Source: Podarcis muralis
Taxonomy: Eukaryota
Reading direction: 5' to 3'
DNA length: 64,000 nt
NCBI RefSeq assembly: GCF_964188315.1
Contig: NC_135656.1
Coordinates: 62,744,001-62,808,000, forward strand
In this document: positions 34,446 to 47,784 of the stretch, piece after piece
Position numbering within the stretch: position 1 is the first letter of the stretch
Layout: each line of letters begins with the position of its first letter
The notes under the pieces: generated by a model
The model's input: the letters and a program-made list of their open reading frames with translations, nothing else
Databases searched by the model: none
What the model was told of the DNA's origin: nothing
Made by a program: the position numbers and the translations under genes

Positions 34446-36461
34446 TATTTTTGATAAGCTCACTGATACTACACTGGGGTAGGGAACAGTGTTAGAAACT
34501 CAGATATAGAAGCTAGGAGCCAAATGACTCCTTAAACCAGGGTTACAGTCACCAAAACGGAATGTCTAGGTGCCATATTGTGGCCAGATGTCTTGGAAGT
34601 CATATTTTCCAATACGGCGTTTTGGTTCCTGAAATTCCTTCTGATTGTGCAGATAAAATATCACGAATAGAATTCTACAGGAAGCTGTTGCTAGTGTGTG
34701 AAAACAGTCAAGATCCCAGGATCCCCAGGCATGCACCTCCAGATGTTGGAGATGTCAGGCACCGTCCTGGTGCCCGGGCATCTTCATGTGGTTGCAAGTA
34801 GGTGATAGCCAGGTGCAAAATGCACAAGGCGAATTTTGAACATTGGTAGGGAACCTGTGGCCCTCTGGATGTTGCTAGATTATGAAACCCATCTTCTTTT
34901 GCAACTGGCTGTTAACCGGAAAGTTGGTGCTTCAAGCCCACCCAGAGATGACTGTGGGCAGGATTCCTGTATTGCAGGGAGTTGGACTAGATGACCCTTG
35001 ATGTTCCTTACAACTCTACAGCTCTATGATTCTTATAATGCTGGCCGGAGCTGATGGGAATTGGGGTCCTGCAACATCTGGAGGGCCACAGGCTCCCCCC
35101 CCCCCATTCTACACCTTAGCCTTCACCAAGTGCCTAGCTGTGTATAAATTAAGGCATGGAGTGGGAGATGGGCGTCCCATTGCTGACTTCCATATGTTCC
35201 AAGTACCCCATATGCACCATCAATAACTGGCACATGGATCACATGTATGGGAACCTATGCATGTTGTAGCAGGGTATGTGCCTTGGGTTTATGCAAATGG
35301 AGACCTGGAAAGATTGGAAGCTGGGGCAGAGCTCGTAGAATAAACCCCCAATGTGTTGGTTTCCACACAAGTAAATACCCCGAGTGACCCTTATAAGCAA
35401 TCCAACAGGTCTGTGTGTGCCAAGGGCAGCTGCTTAATCTGTGTTGATAGCATTGCTGTAGTTATTTAATGTTTTATTTAAATATCTGCCCAGGAACAAA
35501 CTTTTGAATCTTTTATCTGCCCTATCCTCTGGGCCCTGAACTGACACCCATTCATTGTTATCATTTAAGAGCAATAAGGTTGCATTGCTCTGTTCCACTG
35601 CGCACAGTTTGAGCCAAGTGTTGACTTTTGCCTTTCGTTTCCGTTCCTATATAATGCCATACCTTATGGATAATGAGTTTCGTGTTTATTTGAAAGTAGC
35701 AAAGGGCTGACACATGCAACAGAATGAGGCGATGGTTGTACGCTGTGGCATTTGCTCCCACAAGATGACCAACTAGGACGGCTTTAAAAGAGGATTAGGC
35801 AGATTCATGGAGCGTAAAGCAATCAATGGCTACTAGCAACAATAGCTATGTTCTGGCTCTCCTGTCAAAGGCAGGATGCTGGGAATCACCAGAGAAGAGA
35901 GTGCTGTTCCATCCATTTGCCATAGGATGCTGAACTAGATGGGCCTGATCCAGCAGGACTCTTCTTATGCTTTTACCCAGGTACCAATTACCAGCAGGCC
36001 CAGCTTTGGCTGCCTGGACTTTTGTATTTCTGGTTATGAGTTTAGGGTTGTTCCATTGTAGCCTATCAAGACAGTTGGGTTGGAGTTACTGAACCCTGTG
36101 CCCTGCTAAATTAAATGCATCAAGTATTGTTTGATACAATATGATAAACACCTGATATGTGGGTGAGCACCTTGTTAGTCACCCTCCCAACAAGAATTAA
36201 AACTTTTCAGGTGAACTTGAAGAACAACTCCAGCTCCTGATGTGCTGGAGTCACTTAGGAACTAGCAGGGATTTCCTTTGGAGGGGCAGGAATGTGGAGG
36301 CAGTAGCCACTGTACAACCAGATGGGGTGGTCACTTCTGGCTGGGAGGGCTGTAATGTTAGGGTAGACATAGATTTAGATGAATTTACCCAGAAGTAGGG
36401 TGGCCAGGTAAAATGGGCAGGGCCTGCAGAAAGTAGTAACAAGAGCAACAGGCCCATCGAA

Positions 36462-36615
36462 TCATAGAGCTGGAAGGGACCCCAAGGTTTATATATTCCA
36501 AGCCCCTGCAATGCAGGAATCTCAGCTAAAGCATCCATGACAGATGGCCATCCAACCTCTGCTTAGAAACCTCCAAGGAAGGAGAGTCCACCACCTCCCA
36601 AGGGAGACCGTTCCA
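36462..36615 (-). mobile_element. CR1-type 3' remnant (representative copy)
   Basis: atcatagagctggaagggaccc...aagcatcca...ggccatccaacctctgctt. Similar remnants at about 1703, 23476, 34962 (plus), 35766, 50914, 54770, 58850 and 60360. Confidence 0.75.
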
Positions 36616-39497
36616 TGTTTATAGTCTTTGCCAACAGGATGCGTCCACAATTTGAGGGAGAAACGGTTTCCATAAATCCTCAGCTCAGCAAGAGTGACCA
36701 TTAAAACCAGCAACGAAGAATCTCTTAAAATTTGAGTAACTTGCTCTTGAATCTTCTCCAAGCACCACCAAACACTCTTTCTCTCTTCATTAAACACCAG
36801 GATTCAGAGCACAGTGCCTGTTGGGTTCTCCCCCCCCCCTTTTTTTTTGTCTGTCGGCAAGCTGGTTTAAATGCGGAGCCCCCTGTGCTGCGTGATAGTA
36901 ATAAATAGGTTTGTGGGTTTCTTACAAACAGCCTGTGTTTTAACAAGTAATCCCTTGAAGGCATTAAGATGGGTGTGGCCTGGCCTTTGAATTTCCACAG
37001 GTTTTGACGTCATGTTATCTTTCTGATCTGGAGCGCTTAAGAGAATTGGCACAGTGACTCCAGCTTAACCTGTTCTTGCTAATGTCAAAGTGGCAACAAG
37101 CGTCACCAAACTTCGGGGATAAATTACAAAAATGGTACAGCCAAGATGATGTCAGGCTGCTCGGTTGGAGCCGCTTGCGCATTGTACACAATCCCATGGT
37201 CATCGCATAACAAGTTGCACAGTTGCGTTAAGCTTTTTCTTCATGTGACATTTTTATCACACCCTGTCAGTCAGATCAGCACAGGACTGGGGCCTCACAA
37301 CAACCCTTTGAGGTAGGTTAAAGTGAGAGGGAATGACATGCCCAAGAGAGACAAGTAAGTAAGCAAGGATTACTTATGCTTCTTATACTGAAACCTAGGT
37401 CCCTTACATGGTGGCACGATCCCCGCAGACAGCCCCTTTGCCAGCTGCCTCTTCCAGTTTTCTGTTTTGTTTAATTTGTACTGTGCTGGCTGAAAAGCAA
37501 TGTGCAGGCACCTAGCAAGTCTACCTTCTTCCCTCACATTTCCTAGAAATGCCTCTGGGCTACACATGGAACCCTTCATAGGACTGGAAAGGAAGAAGAA
37601 GAGGCAAAGAGAGTTGTAGTCCTTCACTACGAACCTCCTGCTCATACTCATACACATGATGTGTGGTACTGTCTCATTTCCATGACAACAAGCATAAGAG
37701 GAAGTTAAACTGAGAAACAGGGACTCCTCCTGTGAACTTAATGGCTAAGCAGGGCTTGGTACCCAGGTCTCCTGGATCCATGCCCAACACGTTGCTCCAA
37801 AGGTTGGTGGGAGCTTTAGTGTAAGAACATATGGAGGACCAGATGTTCCTCATCCCTGTTCTACTCATGGTATGATGTTGGCTGTCAGAAAGCTGTGTTT
37901 GAAGTCGATTGCTTTTGTATTGAATTAATGGGACTTGCAGGCTTTAAATCTTAAGTATTCCAGCATCCCAGTTTAGTTTTGTGCGTGACATGAATGTGGA
38001 CATGAAGTCCAAGTAAAACTAATAAGATTACTGAGGCTGCTCACGACATGAGGAAGCGTCCAGGAATCAGAGCCTAGGGCCATGAAACGCTTGTCAATGT
38101 AGGAAATAACTGAGTTTCACTCGGAGCAAATCAACAGCTTAGATTACTGCTTGCCAGGAAGTTCATTCCAAATAACGACAGCACTAATGCACTTCTCTGT
38201 AAACGGAGCACGGAGCACACATTTTCCTGTGCTGTGCGTGGGCTCTGCCTCACACACACACTCATAGAAGGAAGGCCTTCCATTTCAGCAGAAGCTTGCC
38301 AGAAAATTCCTCCACTGAAACACGCCTCAGCCTGCCTGTGACATAGGAGAGTCTTATTCCACGTAAGACTCTGACATGGAAACCCACAAAATAGCATTGC
38401 GGTGAAACTTGAATCCCAAATTAAACTAGCACTCCCAACCAGCCTGCATTCCCAGGAATCCTGCTCATGAATTATATTCCTGACAGAGTCACTTTGGTTA
38501 TCTTTCCTAAATTTTGAACCATGATTTTTGGTTAACATTTTATTGTTCAGTTTATTGACATCTTTAGTCAATGGAGTGTCCTGTTAGGCTGCAACTAAGA
38601 GATCTACAGAACCAAGAGTAGACCCAGTGGACAGGAATTGCACTAAGTCTAGGCACTAAGTCCAGGGCTTGCACAGCCTCTCCTGATTCAAGAGTTGCAG
38701 AGAAACATCAACATATGATGACACCTCCATTTCCCATTCGTAGCAGACATTTTCATAGCACGTATTTACAGTTGAGTGCCACAGTTGGTTCTTATTGAGA
38801 TGATTGGTTACCAGAGCAGAGGTTAGCATTTTTCATACTTCGTCAGTAGTTCTGAATTAGGATAGTCCTAGGACAAAATTCCCCGTGAAAACTCGTGGCA
38901 AATAGGTCTGCTGAAACAACAATTGCATGTCCTTTTCTTCTTGCATACATGATAGCAGTTTCGTTCCACTAAGGCTTATCCTAAAGTAGACATTTTCTCT
39001 GTATTTTTATAACTTACTTTGCCAGGAAGGGGACGAGCTGCTTTTTTGACCTAGGGCATTAAACAGCAGTTGGAGTCCAACAAAATCTGGAAGGCCACAG
39101 GATTCCTATCCCTGGTTACATTTATTTATAATCTGCCTTTCAGGATACAAATCTTCCCAAAGTGGCTCACAACTAACTACATATTTTAAAAACACAATAA
39201 ACAACATGTTAAAAAGTTACCAGGATCTTTCCCACAGGGCAGCTGATGGTAGATCACCCTAGGCTGGGTGGAGGGAGGTAGTCTGAGGCAGTCTTCTTAG
39301 GAAATACTGTGTTTTGATGTGTTTCCCCCAAAGCACTTTTGATCTGAATTGAGAAACAGAATGATGTGGCTGTGTTTTGAGCTGATAATGTGTACACAGA
39401 TAATGTGTTCAGATTCGACCCATTGACAGAATCAGGTGTTGAGCCTCTTGTTGAGAAAGAATGGATTGGTTTGCTTTGTAGGCTGATGGTGACTGGA

Positions 39498-39498
39498 A

Positions 39499-39545
<47 letters not shown>

Positions 39546-39573
39546 CAAGCAAATAAATAAATAAATAAATAAA
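39498..39573. repeat. Compound (GGCA)n-(AAAT)n microsatellite
   Basis: Direct reading. Confidence 0.9.
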
Positions 39574-40879
39574 TGTTAACAGGATCAAAAGATCAGGGTG
39601 GGAAACAGCAACATATCCAGCTGGCAGGAGTTTGCGCACTGTTTGGTGTCATCAGTTGCTTCATTCGTGTAAAGAAACGGATTTCGTGACTCAGGAAACC
39701 ATGATTAAGTACAGGTGAGATGCCTCGAGGCTGCTGAATCAGACACGAAATCTGCGTCAACGCCTACTGTAGTTAAAATATACACACAGGCAGCCCGTGT
39801 GACTGGAGATTTGGCAAGGATTTTTTCACTCCATCACTAATTTTATTTGCCCAGGCAAAATCTTCCCTGGAGACTGGACAGATGAGAGGCAGGGTCCCAT
39901 GGGCTTAGAAGCTGGAAGCTTCCTACCAGAGCCAGTTCTGCCATTGGGCAAAGTAAGGTCTCAGGCAGCATATATCCTCCTGAGCTCCCTGACCAAACTG
40001 TTCTGTTCGAGAAGAGAGCTGTGTGTCACACACTTTGCCATCCACGTTTATATCTATCCTGCTGACCTCCCTCAGGGGCAGGGCAGTGCCCCTTTGCTAG
40101 TACCAAAGTAGGAGGCACTATAAATGGTGTGCATCATTTGATCCTTTGCCTCAGGCAGCCAAATGTCTTGGGCCAGCCTTGCTTCATACATAGACACACT
40201 CCGGCAGTTCATGGGACACCAGCTGGATTCGGGCGAGGGCGAGGGGGAGAGCTGCAGCAATTTATTAGCCTGGGATGTCCAATGTTTCTCATTAAGGTAG
40301 ATAGTATTGTGCAGATACTGGTCTGTATGTTGAGGTTAAGGTGATGGAATTCAGGGCTATAACTCATTTTGGTTGAGGGGCTGAGAACTTTAGATGCTTG
40401 TGTTTGGAGAGGAAAGGGGCCTTGCACAGGTCCTGTTCTGATCCTTTGAACCCAGAAATGGGGACCCTGTGGGCATCAGGGAAATCCTCTGCAGGCACAT
40501 ATGCACCCCATGGGTGCCACCCTGGCAACCTCTGCCCTATGGTATGTTTCCCCACCTTCCTCTTCTTGCAGGTGCATACACACATCTGTGCAGTTACCAA
40601 AAAAGGTAGTGGGAAATATTTTTGGAGGGCAATTGCTTCTTCTTGAATCATCCCTGCTAGATTAAAAAAGCAAACAGGTGTCAGCTTGCCTGAAGTTGGA
40701 CAGCAAACTGATCAGAATGGTTCTTTGCAGATACTCAGTGCCCCTATGACTGCAGCCTAATCCAGCAAAGCATATTTTGCTGTGGCAATGTGCTGCTGAG
40801 AGAGGAGAGACTCTGGCTACTTACAACTGATTGGTTGGGAGCCAAATTGCTTGCTTTTGAGCTGACTCATTACGGAACT

Positions 40880-40883
<4 letters not shown>

Positions 40884-40921
<38 letters not shown>
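40884..40921. repeat. (AC)n microsatellite
   Basis: Direct reading. Confidence 0.95.
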
Positions 40922-40923
<2 letters not shown>

Positions 40924-43175
40924 TGCATATCTATCTAATCTGTCTCATCTTTAAGTCATCTGTTGGTGTTGGTAGGAACTTGTAGAAGGAGGCAAAGAAC
41001 CAGGGAACACGCCCCCCCCCCCCCCATAGTGGAGGACAACATAGCAATTAGGTAGCTCACACACAACTGAACAATTCCTCTCCCTCCCCTGCCCCCCACT
41101 GTTCCATTTTTAAGGCGCATTTTCACATTCAGATGGCATAAATTATGTACTGTGTGTAATTTTTTTGAGCATACAAAAGGCCTGCCAGTTTGCAGAGAAT
41201 CTGTGATGTTGCTTTGAGAAGATTTATCTGCTGATATCCTGCAGCACTTCCAGGGTTTTTAATGGGTACAATTCTTAGGCCAGGTAGAGAGCTCTAGAGG
41301 GCCACATCTGGCCTGTAGATCTGATGTTCCTCATCCTTGTTTTGAAATAATCGGTATCTGGCACCCTTCCAGGCTAATTAAACTTTGGCTCTCTCTCATT
41401 AAGTCAACATGTTTCTATCTCACTGAGGGGCAGAATAGCAGAGTTGTTCATTTTTTCCATCAGATTATACAATAGTGGCGCAGTTAAAATAATGACATGT
41501 AATGAATACTAATGAAGAGCCAGCATTTTACGATGCCTTTTTATTGGAGGGTATCAGAGTACATGGTTTTCCTTTTACAGCTCCCTTCCCTCCTCAAGAT
41601 ACCTTATTAAACAGAACATTTCCTCACCATGCAGCTTAAGAAGTATGAACAGCAGCCCACACTCACCCTGAGAACTGCCTCCCTTCTGTGCCACCATGCA
41701 CAGTTTCACATTTTGATGTTATGAGCATGTGGCGGGGTTGCGCAGCAGTGTTTTGCAACAAAGCCCTCCTTTTGTTTCTGTGACATTTTGTGGAAATGCA
41801 GTCCTCTGAAATAAACAACATTCATTGTATTCTTTGATGCGCAATTGGATCAATTGTTAATTTAGCACATGCGCCAAATTATCCTCTGGCTTTGTGACCT
41901 GCTCCAGACCCTCTTTCCATTGAGTAGGAATTCAGACTTAGAAGTCCTATATCTGGGTGGGATTCAGCTAATGAATCCCTTTGACAGAAGCCCATGCAAG
42001 GGCTTTCATTTGCACAATGGGGTTTCCTCTAGTTCTCCTGGTGGCAGTCAGGAGAATCCCCAGAACAGCGCATGGAAGAAGGTGGATGGGTGGGTGCGAC
42101 TGTTCCATCTAGCAACCTGAAATGTTTGCACTGACGGAACATTCAACATACTACAACATTGAATTCCAATATGCTAGTCACTACAGCAAACTAGCTGAGA
42201 AAGCCACAACACATGAAATAACATTAAATGACATCTATTTCTGTGTAGTTCCTGGATGGCAGGCAGGCATAGAAATGATCCATTCCATCTGATCCCACGC
42301 AGCAGTGTTGGCACAGACCAAATCCTTTCGTCCTTAAGGCTGCAATCATATGCTTATTTATGTGCCAGAGAGCCCCACTGCATGAAGTGGGGCTTGAGTA
42401 AGTATTGTTGCATGCTACCCCAATCTCTGAGATTCCAGAGGTTCCAGGTACTTACCCAGGGTTCGTGTTTCCTTTTGGAAATGGGACACAGCAGAGACTG
42501 TGATGCCTTTATGATACTGTATATGGTTTATTTACACATATATACAACCTGAGTCTATGATGGAGGGGTTCACAGCATTAAAGCCTCAAAAGGGCCTTGT
42601 TTCTCCCATAGCTACAGCTATCAACCATTGCTGTGTCTCTCTGGCTTTCCAGCTCGCTGCTTTGCTACTCTGCCACATTATTCTTCCTAACCTCTCTATG
42701 CTGTAAACTTTGGTTTTATCTGTTGAGGAATCCTTTGATTCTTTGTCCTCTTAATGGTCCACCACCCAGGTGGTCAGTCCAACACAGGAAGCTAGCCAGG
42801 CTTAATTAGCTCTGATTAGATTTTAACCCTTGCTGGACCTGGGCATTTGAGAGGTCTGGCACCCATCTTAGCACCCCAAGCATTGATTAAATTATAACAC
42901 TTACTAGATCTAGGGATTAGGGCTGTCTGGAACCCACAAACTCATAACAATATGTATAGATAGAAGTGCCCTGCATGTCTTCTTCTGGACCGAATGAAAT
43001 GCAGATAAGTCTTCTAACTTACATAAATTTCAAGCAGCCTATCCAAGCTCTGTTATTTCAACTCTGGAGATAGGGCAAGGTTTTGTGCTTGTCACCTGTG
43101 AGGATTGCATTTGCTCTGTGTCCTGTTTTATTGATACCTTTCTTCTTCTTTGCTTTAGGGAGGAACAGGAAGAGC

Positions 43176-43361
43176 ATGGATGTTTTGGGAGACATAGAGC
43201 CCACACAGTTTCCCCTTCCAAAGCACATCTTGGAAGTGTGGGTCATTGTCCTGATCATCCTGGTCACCATCGTTGTCATGACATCCCTGCTCTTGTGCCC
43301 GGCGACAGCAGTGATCATTTACAGAGTCCGGACACACCCGATACATAATGGAGCCGTGTGA
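43176..43361 (+). CDS. SMIM3: Small integral membrane protein 3 (NID67), 61 aa, single transmembrane helix
   Basis: [61 protein letters not shown] closely matches SMIM3 as I recall it. Strong acceptor ttcttctttgctttag| at 43158/43159; Kozak AGCATGG; syntenic with DCTN4. Confidence 0.96.
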   Translation: MDVLGDIEPTQFPLPKHILEVWVIVLIILVTIVVMTSLLLCPATAVIIYRVRTHPIHNGAV

Positions 43362-44201
43362 CACTTGCTTCCATGTCACTATGTTTGGCTTTGCTTTTGA
43401 GAAACACGAGATAAAAAAGGATTACAGGGAAACTGTCAGTTTATCAGGCTTTCTCTGACACCAGGCCAGGCTCTGAGGAGACAATGGAGGCATGCCAACA
43501 AGAATATGACAGCAGCACAGAGACTATGATCATGTGACGAGGACGTCACATGTCACCAGAAGTGCCCCAGAAGCCTGGCTGCACAATACAAACTGTGTCC
43601 CTAATGCTCCACATCCAGGACTTTATCTCCCGTTATGGAATCAAGTTGGCTGGTTCAGGATTCCAGATGGTTCTTGTTTTGGATTTTTGGTGTGTCCTTT
43701 CATTTGAAAAATGGTTCTTCATGTTTACTGGGCAAGCTGTTCCAAAGGACTAAGGAATTGGCAAAAACAGATGTCAGAAAGGAATAATGAAATGTAATCC
43801 CAAAAAAACCCTTCTATGTACATTCCAGATGTGGAAACACAACCTGTTTTATCTATCCCCTTCAAATTGAGACATAGATATAGACATATTCGGTAAAAAC
43901 CATGTGGGGGAAAGCTTTGATTGCTCCCAGCTGGAATGTTGGTCATTCTCTCTTCCCTCCAAGATCCCTCTAATCCAAACAGCAGCAGCCGAAAAAGGAT
44001 TGGGGGGGGGTGTAGAAATGAGATGTAGGTAGATAAGTGAAGTTATCGTATTTGTGGTATACAGTTACAAAATGATATACTCATCATTAAACATCTATTT
44101 TTAAGGAACCTAATAAAATCTAATACAAAAAAAAAAAAAAAACAGAGGAGGGGAGAATGAGATTTGAACAAAGTAATTTGCTGTCAGGGAACAGTTTAGA
44201 A

Positions 44202-44334
44202 TAAGGTTACCAGGTTTTCCCCAATGAATCTGGGGACACTTTTCAACTTCAATAGGAATGATAGGATTTTGTCAGGGGACTGGTTTGTAAATCCGGGGAC
44301 TGTCCCCGAGAAACGGGGACGTCTGGTAACCTTA
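44202..44334. mobile_element. hAT-type MITE, 133 bp, in the SMIM3 3' UTR
   Basis: Termini TAAGGTTACCAG / CTGGTAACCTTA; 8-bp TSD gtttagaa (44194-44201, 44335-44342). Confidence 0.9.
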
Positions 44335-45150
44335 GTTTAGAATGTGGCAATGAAAAAGTGGAGCAAAAGAGACTTTCTTTTGCTGCTGGGTTTGTGAAAC
44401 TGTGTGCATCTTGCAATTCTGTGAATGGGATGGGAGGGCCTTTCCTAGTTGTACTGAAGGAATGGCAACTAGGGCATAAACTTGTAAAGACTGGGGATCT
44501 TTGCAGCTGTGATGTGATAAAAGTAGTTTGGCTGTTCCATCCATCCCCCTGTTTCGCACGCACCCCCAGGCAACTGTCCATTAATGTGTTCCCTTTCTAC
44601 TAATGAGGTTACTAGACGTTTATTTCTGCCTGACAACAGTGAACATATAATTGGCATGAGCATGCAACAATTTATTGTAGTTCCTGCATGATTCATTTCC
44701 CTTCTCTCGTGGCTACTGCTGGCCTCTGCTGCTGTGTCTTTTCTTGACAGTCATCTGTTCCCTCATACAGCAGAACTGGCAACTCCTAGCCCAAAGAGGG
44801 CTCTTGGGCCTTCACTGTCTGCACACCAGGGAAAGGTTCAGCAGCTGCTATGTGATGTTGAAGGAAGACTCAAGATCGGCCAGACCTCTCCCTTCCGCTC
44901 AGCCACAAGTGGCACTGCAACATCCTGCCAGGCCAGGTGTTAGGAGATGTTGTCCGTTCGTAGTTCAGATCTGGAAATAGTCTACTTATAAATCTGTTTT
45001 TATGGAAAGAAACACTCCACCCTGTGAAAAATGGTTTCAGAGGTTTAAGTAGAATTTGTTTGTGTATTGTACATAAAAGTGGATTCATTTCCATTAATTG
45101 TATCAGCAGTAAACTCCTCCTGAAACTGTGATATTGTGGCAAATCCATGT

Positions 45151-45156
45151 AATAAA
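45151..45156 (+). terminator. SMIM3: Probable SMIM3 polyadenylation signal (AATAAA)
   Basis: Preceded by TGTA motifs and followed by a GT/T-rich tract; gives a 3' UTR of about 1.8 kb. Confidence 0.6.
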
Positions 45157-45327
45157 TGTTTGTTGTTTTATTTTATCGCATCTGTGAACAGTTTATCATG
45201 AAACATCTCAAAATGATTTCGCAGTAGAAGCATCAACAGTTAAAAACAACTCATTATTTTTAAAAATAAGGTCTTCCATAGAACCCAACAGACAATGGAA
45301 ATAGCGCCTCTCTGGAGGGAAATAAAT

Positions 45328-45332
45328 AAATA

Positions 45333-45381
<49 letters not shown>

Positions 45382-45432
45382 GTGGTAGTAGTAGTAGTAG
45401 TTTTATTTGTACCCTGCCCATCTGACTCAGTT
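45328..45432 (-). repeat. (AAT)n-(GTA)n microsatellite attached to a very short L2 3' end
   Basis: tttatttgtaccctgcccatctg matches the L2 terminus seen at about 24580-24600. Confidence 0.75.
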
Positions 45433-45588
45433 GCCCCCACACTGAAGGTCTGGTTCCTATTTCGGTTGAATGAATACTCCTGCTGTTATGCAGGAGAGAC
45501 GCTTTCCTGCAGAGCACAGTGTTTGATCAAGTATATAAGGGGTTAGACTGTCTTTTAGGTTGTTTTGTGCACAACTATCATCTCAATT

Positions 45589-45947
45589 GGGGACGCGGGT
45601 GGCGCTGTGGGTAAAAGCCTCAGCGCCTAGTGCTTGCCGATCGAAAGGTCGGCGGTTCGAATCCCCGCGGCAGGGTGCGCTCCCGTTGCTCGGTCCCAGC
45701 GCCTGCCAACCTAGCAGTTCGAAAGCACCCCCGGGTGCAAGTAGATAAATAGGGACTGCTTTCTAGCGGGAAGGTAAACGGCGTTTCCGTGTGCGGCTCT
45801 GGCTCGCCAGAGCAGCGATGTCACGCTGGCCACGTGACCCGGAAGTGTCTCCAGACAGCGCTGGCCCCCGGCCTCTTGAGTGAGATGGGCGCACAACCCT
45901 AGAGTCTGTCAAGACTGGCCCGTACGGGCAGGGGTACCTTTACCTTT
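45589..45947 (+). mobile_element. Full-length young Sauria SINE
   Basis: Intact A and B boxes and ACCTTT tail; perfect 14-bp TSD actatcatctcaat (45574-45587, 45948-45961); closely similar to 33755-34117. Confidence 0.95.
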
Positions 45948-47784
45948 ACTATCATCTCAATATCAGGCATTGTTGACTTAACTGCCTGCTTTTATTCTTG
46001 GACTTTCTATACGAGTCTCTTTTCTGCAGTGACTCCTGATCATTCCTATATGAGCACTCGTGAGTGACACCAATCTCATAGTGCAATCTGGCTGAGCATC
46101 CTTGCATCTTATGTATGGTTATTATTGGCTGTCTCAAATAGAAAATTGGTGTTGCTCATTTTCATGTTCTTCCTAATCTCTGCCTCTGGGGTAGCCAACA
46201 TGAAACTCCTCAGAAGCATGGCTAATGGTCTGGGACGATGGGAGCCAAGAGTCCACAAAATCTGGAGGGCACCACCTTGGCTATTGCTGCCCTACTCCAT
46301 GCTCTGTAATTTCTCATTTTTCTTCCTGGGACACAGGAAAGCTCATCTCTCTCTCTCTTTTTTTAGAATTTCAATTAGAAATAAATATACACCACTTTCA
46401 ACAAAGCAAAACATGAACACAGAAATTGAAAGAGCAATGCAATTTGCAGTCAAAGAGAGGAAAGAACATTAACAGGTGAAAATTCATCTCTAATTGTTAG
46501 ATGACTAGGATTGGGAGCTTACAATCAAGATCTGTCTTTACTACACACATTCTTTGTGTACAGAAATAGCAAAAAGAGTAGCTCGAGGTGCTAAGAACAA
46601 AGGTTTTTAAAAATCCCACTGGTCATGTGATGTTTGAGACATATAACCTATACCTTGTTGACAACTTATTTTCTTTCTGTAGGGGGTTGGGACAGGATGT
46701 GAATTTAATCTCTCATCAACCATGGCTCACGTCACTGTCATATGCACATTTTGCTGAATTTTTTCATAAGGTTTGAGCTTGACCTTGACGAAAGCCAAAC
46801 ACACGAGGGCTTTCTTAGGTAATGAAATGAGTCAGATTGCAGCCTGGGAAGAAAATGATATAAATCAGAGTCAGAGAAATTACATCCTGTTTCTTGTAGC
46901 TGGGTGGGAAGTGAATAAATTAAATATAGGAAGCTGTCTTAAAATGAACCAGACCATTGATTCTTCTAGTTCAGTATTGTCTACACTGGCTCCAGGGTTG
47001 CAGATAGGGAATATTCTCAGTCCCAGCTGGAGATACCCGGGACTGAATCTGGGACCTTCTGTATTCAAAGCAGATGCTCTACTATTGACCCACAGATCTT
47101 CTCATGCTCTGCACACGTTCCAAAGTGGTTTTTGTTGGGAGTTTCACATGTCTGGTGGCTGTGAACCATTACGCTGCAAAGAGCTACCAATCAAAACAAG
47201 TAATAGTGGTTTTGACAGTAGCCCTTTGGAGGGATTTAAAGAAGGAAGACCGGGTGTCAGGCTGAATGTGGGCCTACCACGAACATGTCATGGCACTACA
47301 GAAGTGCAGAAATAGTGGATGGAGCTAAATGTCCGAATATGGTAGGAAGGGCTCCTCTGAGTGCAGCGCCAGAGGGGCAAGTGGCTGCTGTCAGTGCAAG
47401 TACAGCCCACCCCACCCCACCCCCGCCTATATTGCTTGACATCTAGCACATCAACAAGCAACAACTACATGGCTGGTATGAGTCATATCAATCAACCACA
47501 TTAAACAAGCCCAATGAAATTAGCGCAGGAAGCTCGCCATTACCATGACGTACCATGTACATTATGCTTTAATCCCAGCCTTAAGAGAGGAGACTTGTGA
47601 TCACAAAATGCCTAGATTAGTGGTTGTGCTAAACTTCAATTTACCTGTTCTTGTCATTCTGTAAGTGGGCATTGGTCTGAGGGTTTGAGTCTAAAGGAAG
47701 AAAAACTTCCCATCAGTCTAGTCTCATTAAGGGCATCATCCGTGATCATCCTCCTAGCTGTGTCTAATGTACACAGTGAAAGTA

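Noticed and set aside
37005-37012. Perfect CRE palindrome TGACGTCA in the SMIM3 intron
   Set aside because: About one 8-mer palindrome of this kind is expected per 64 kb; no supporting context.
46125-46472. 115-aa ORF with a signal-peptide-like start
   Set aside because: Runs through an eroded hAT-like repeat, has no splice context, and resembles no protein I recognise.
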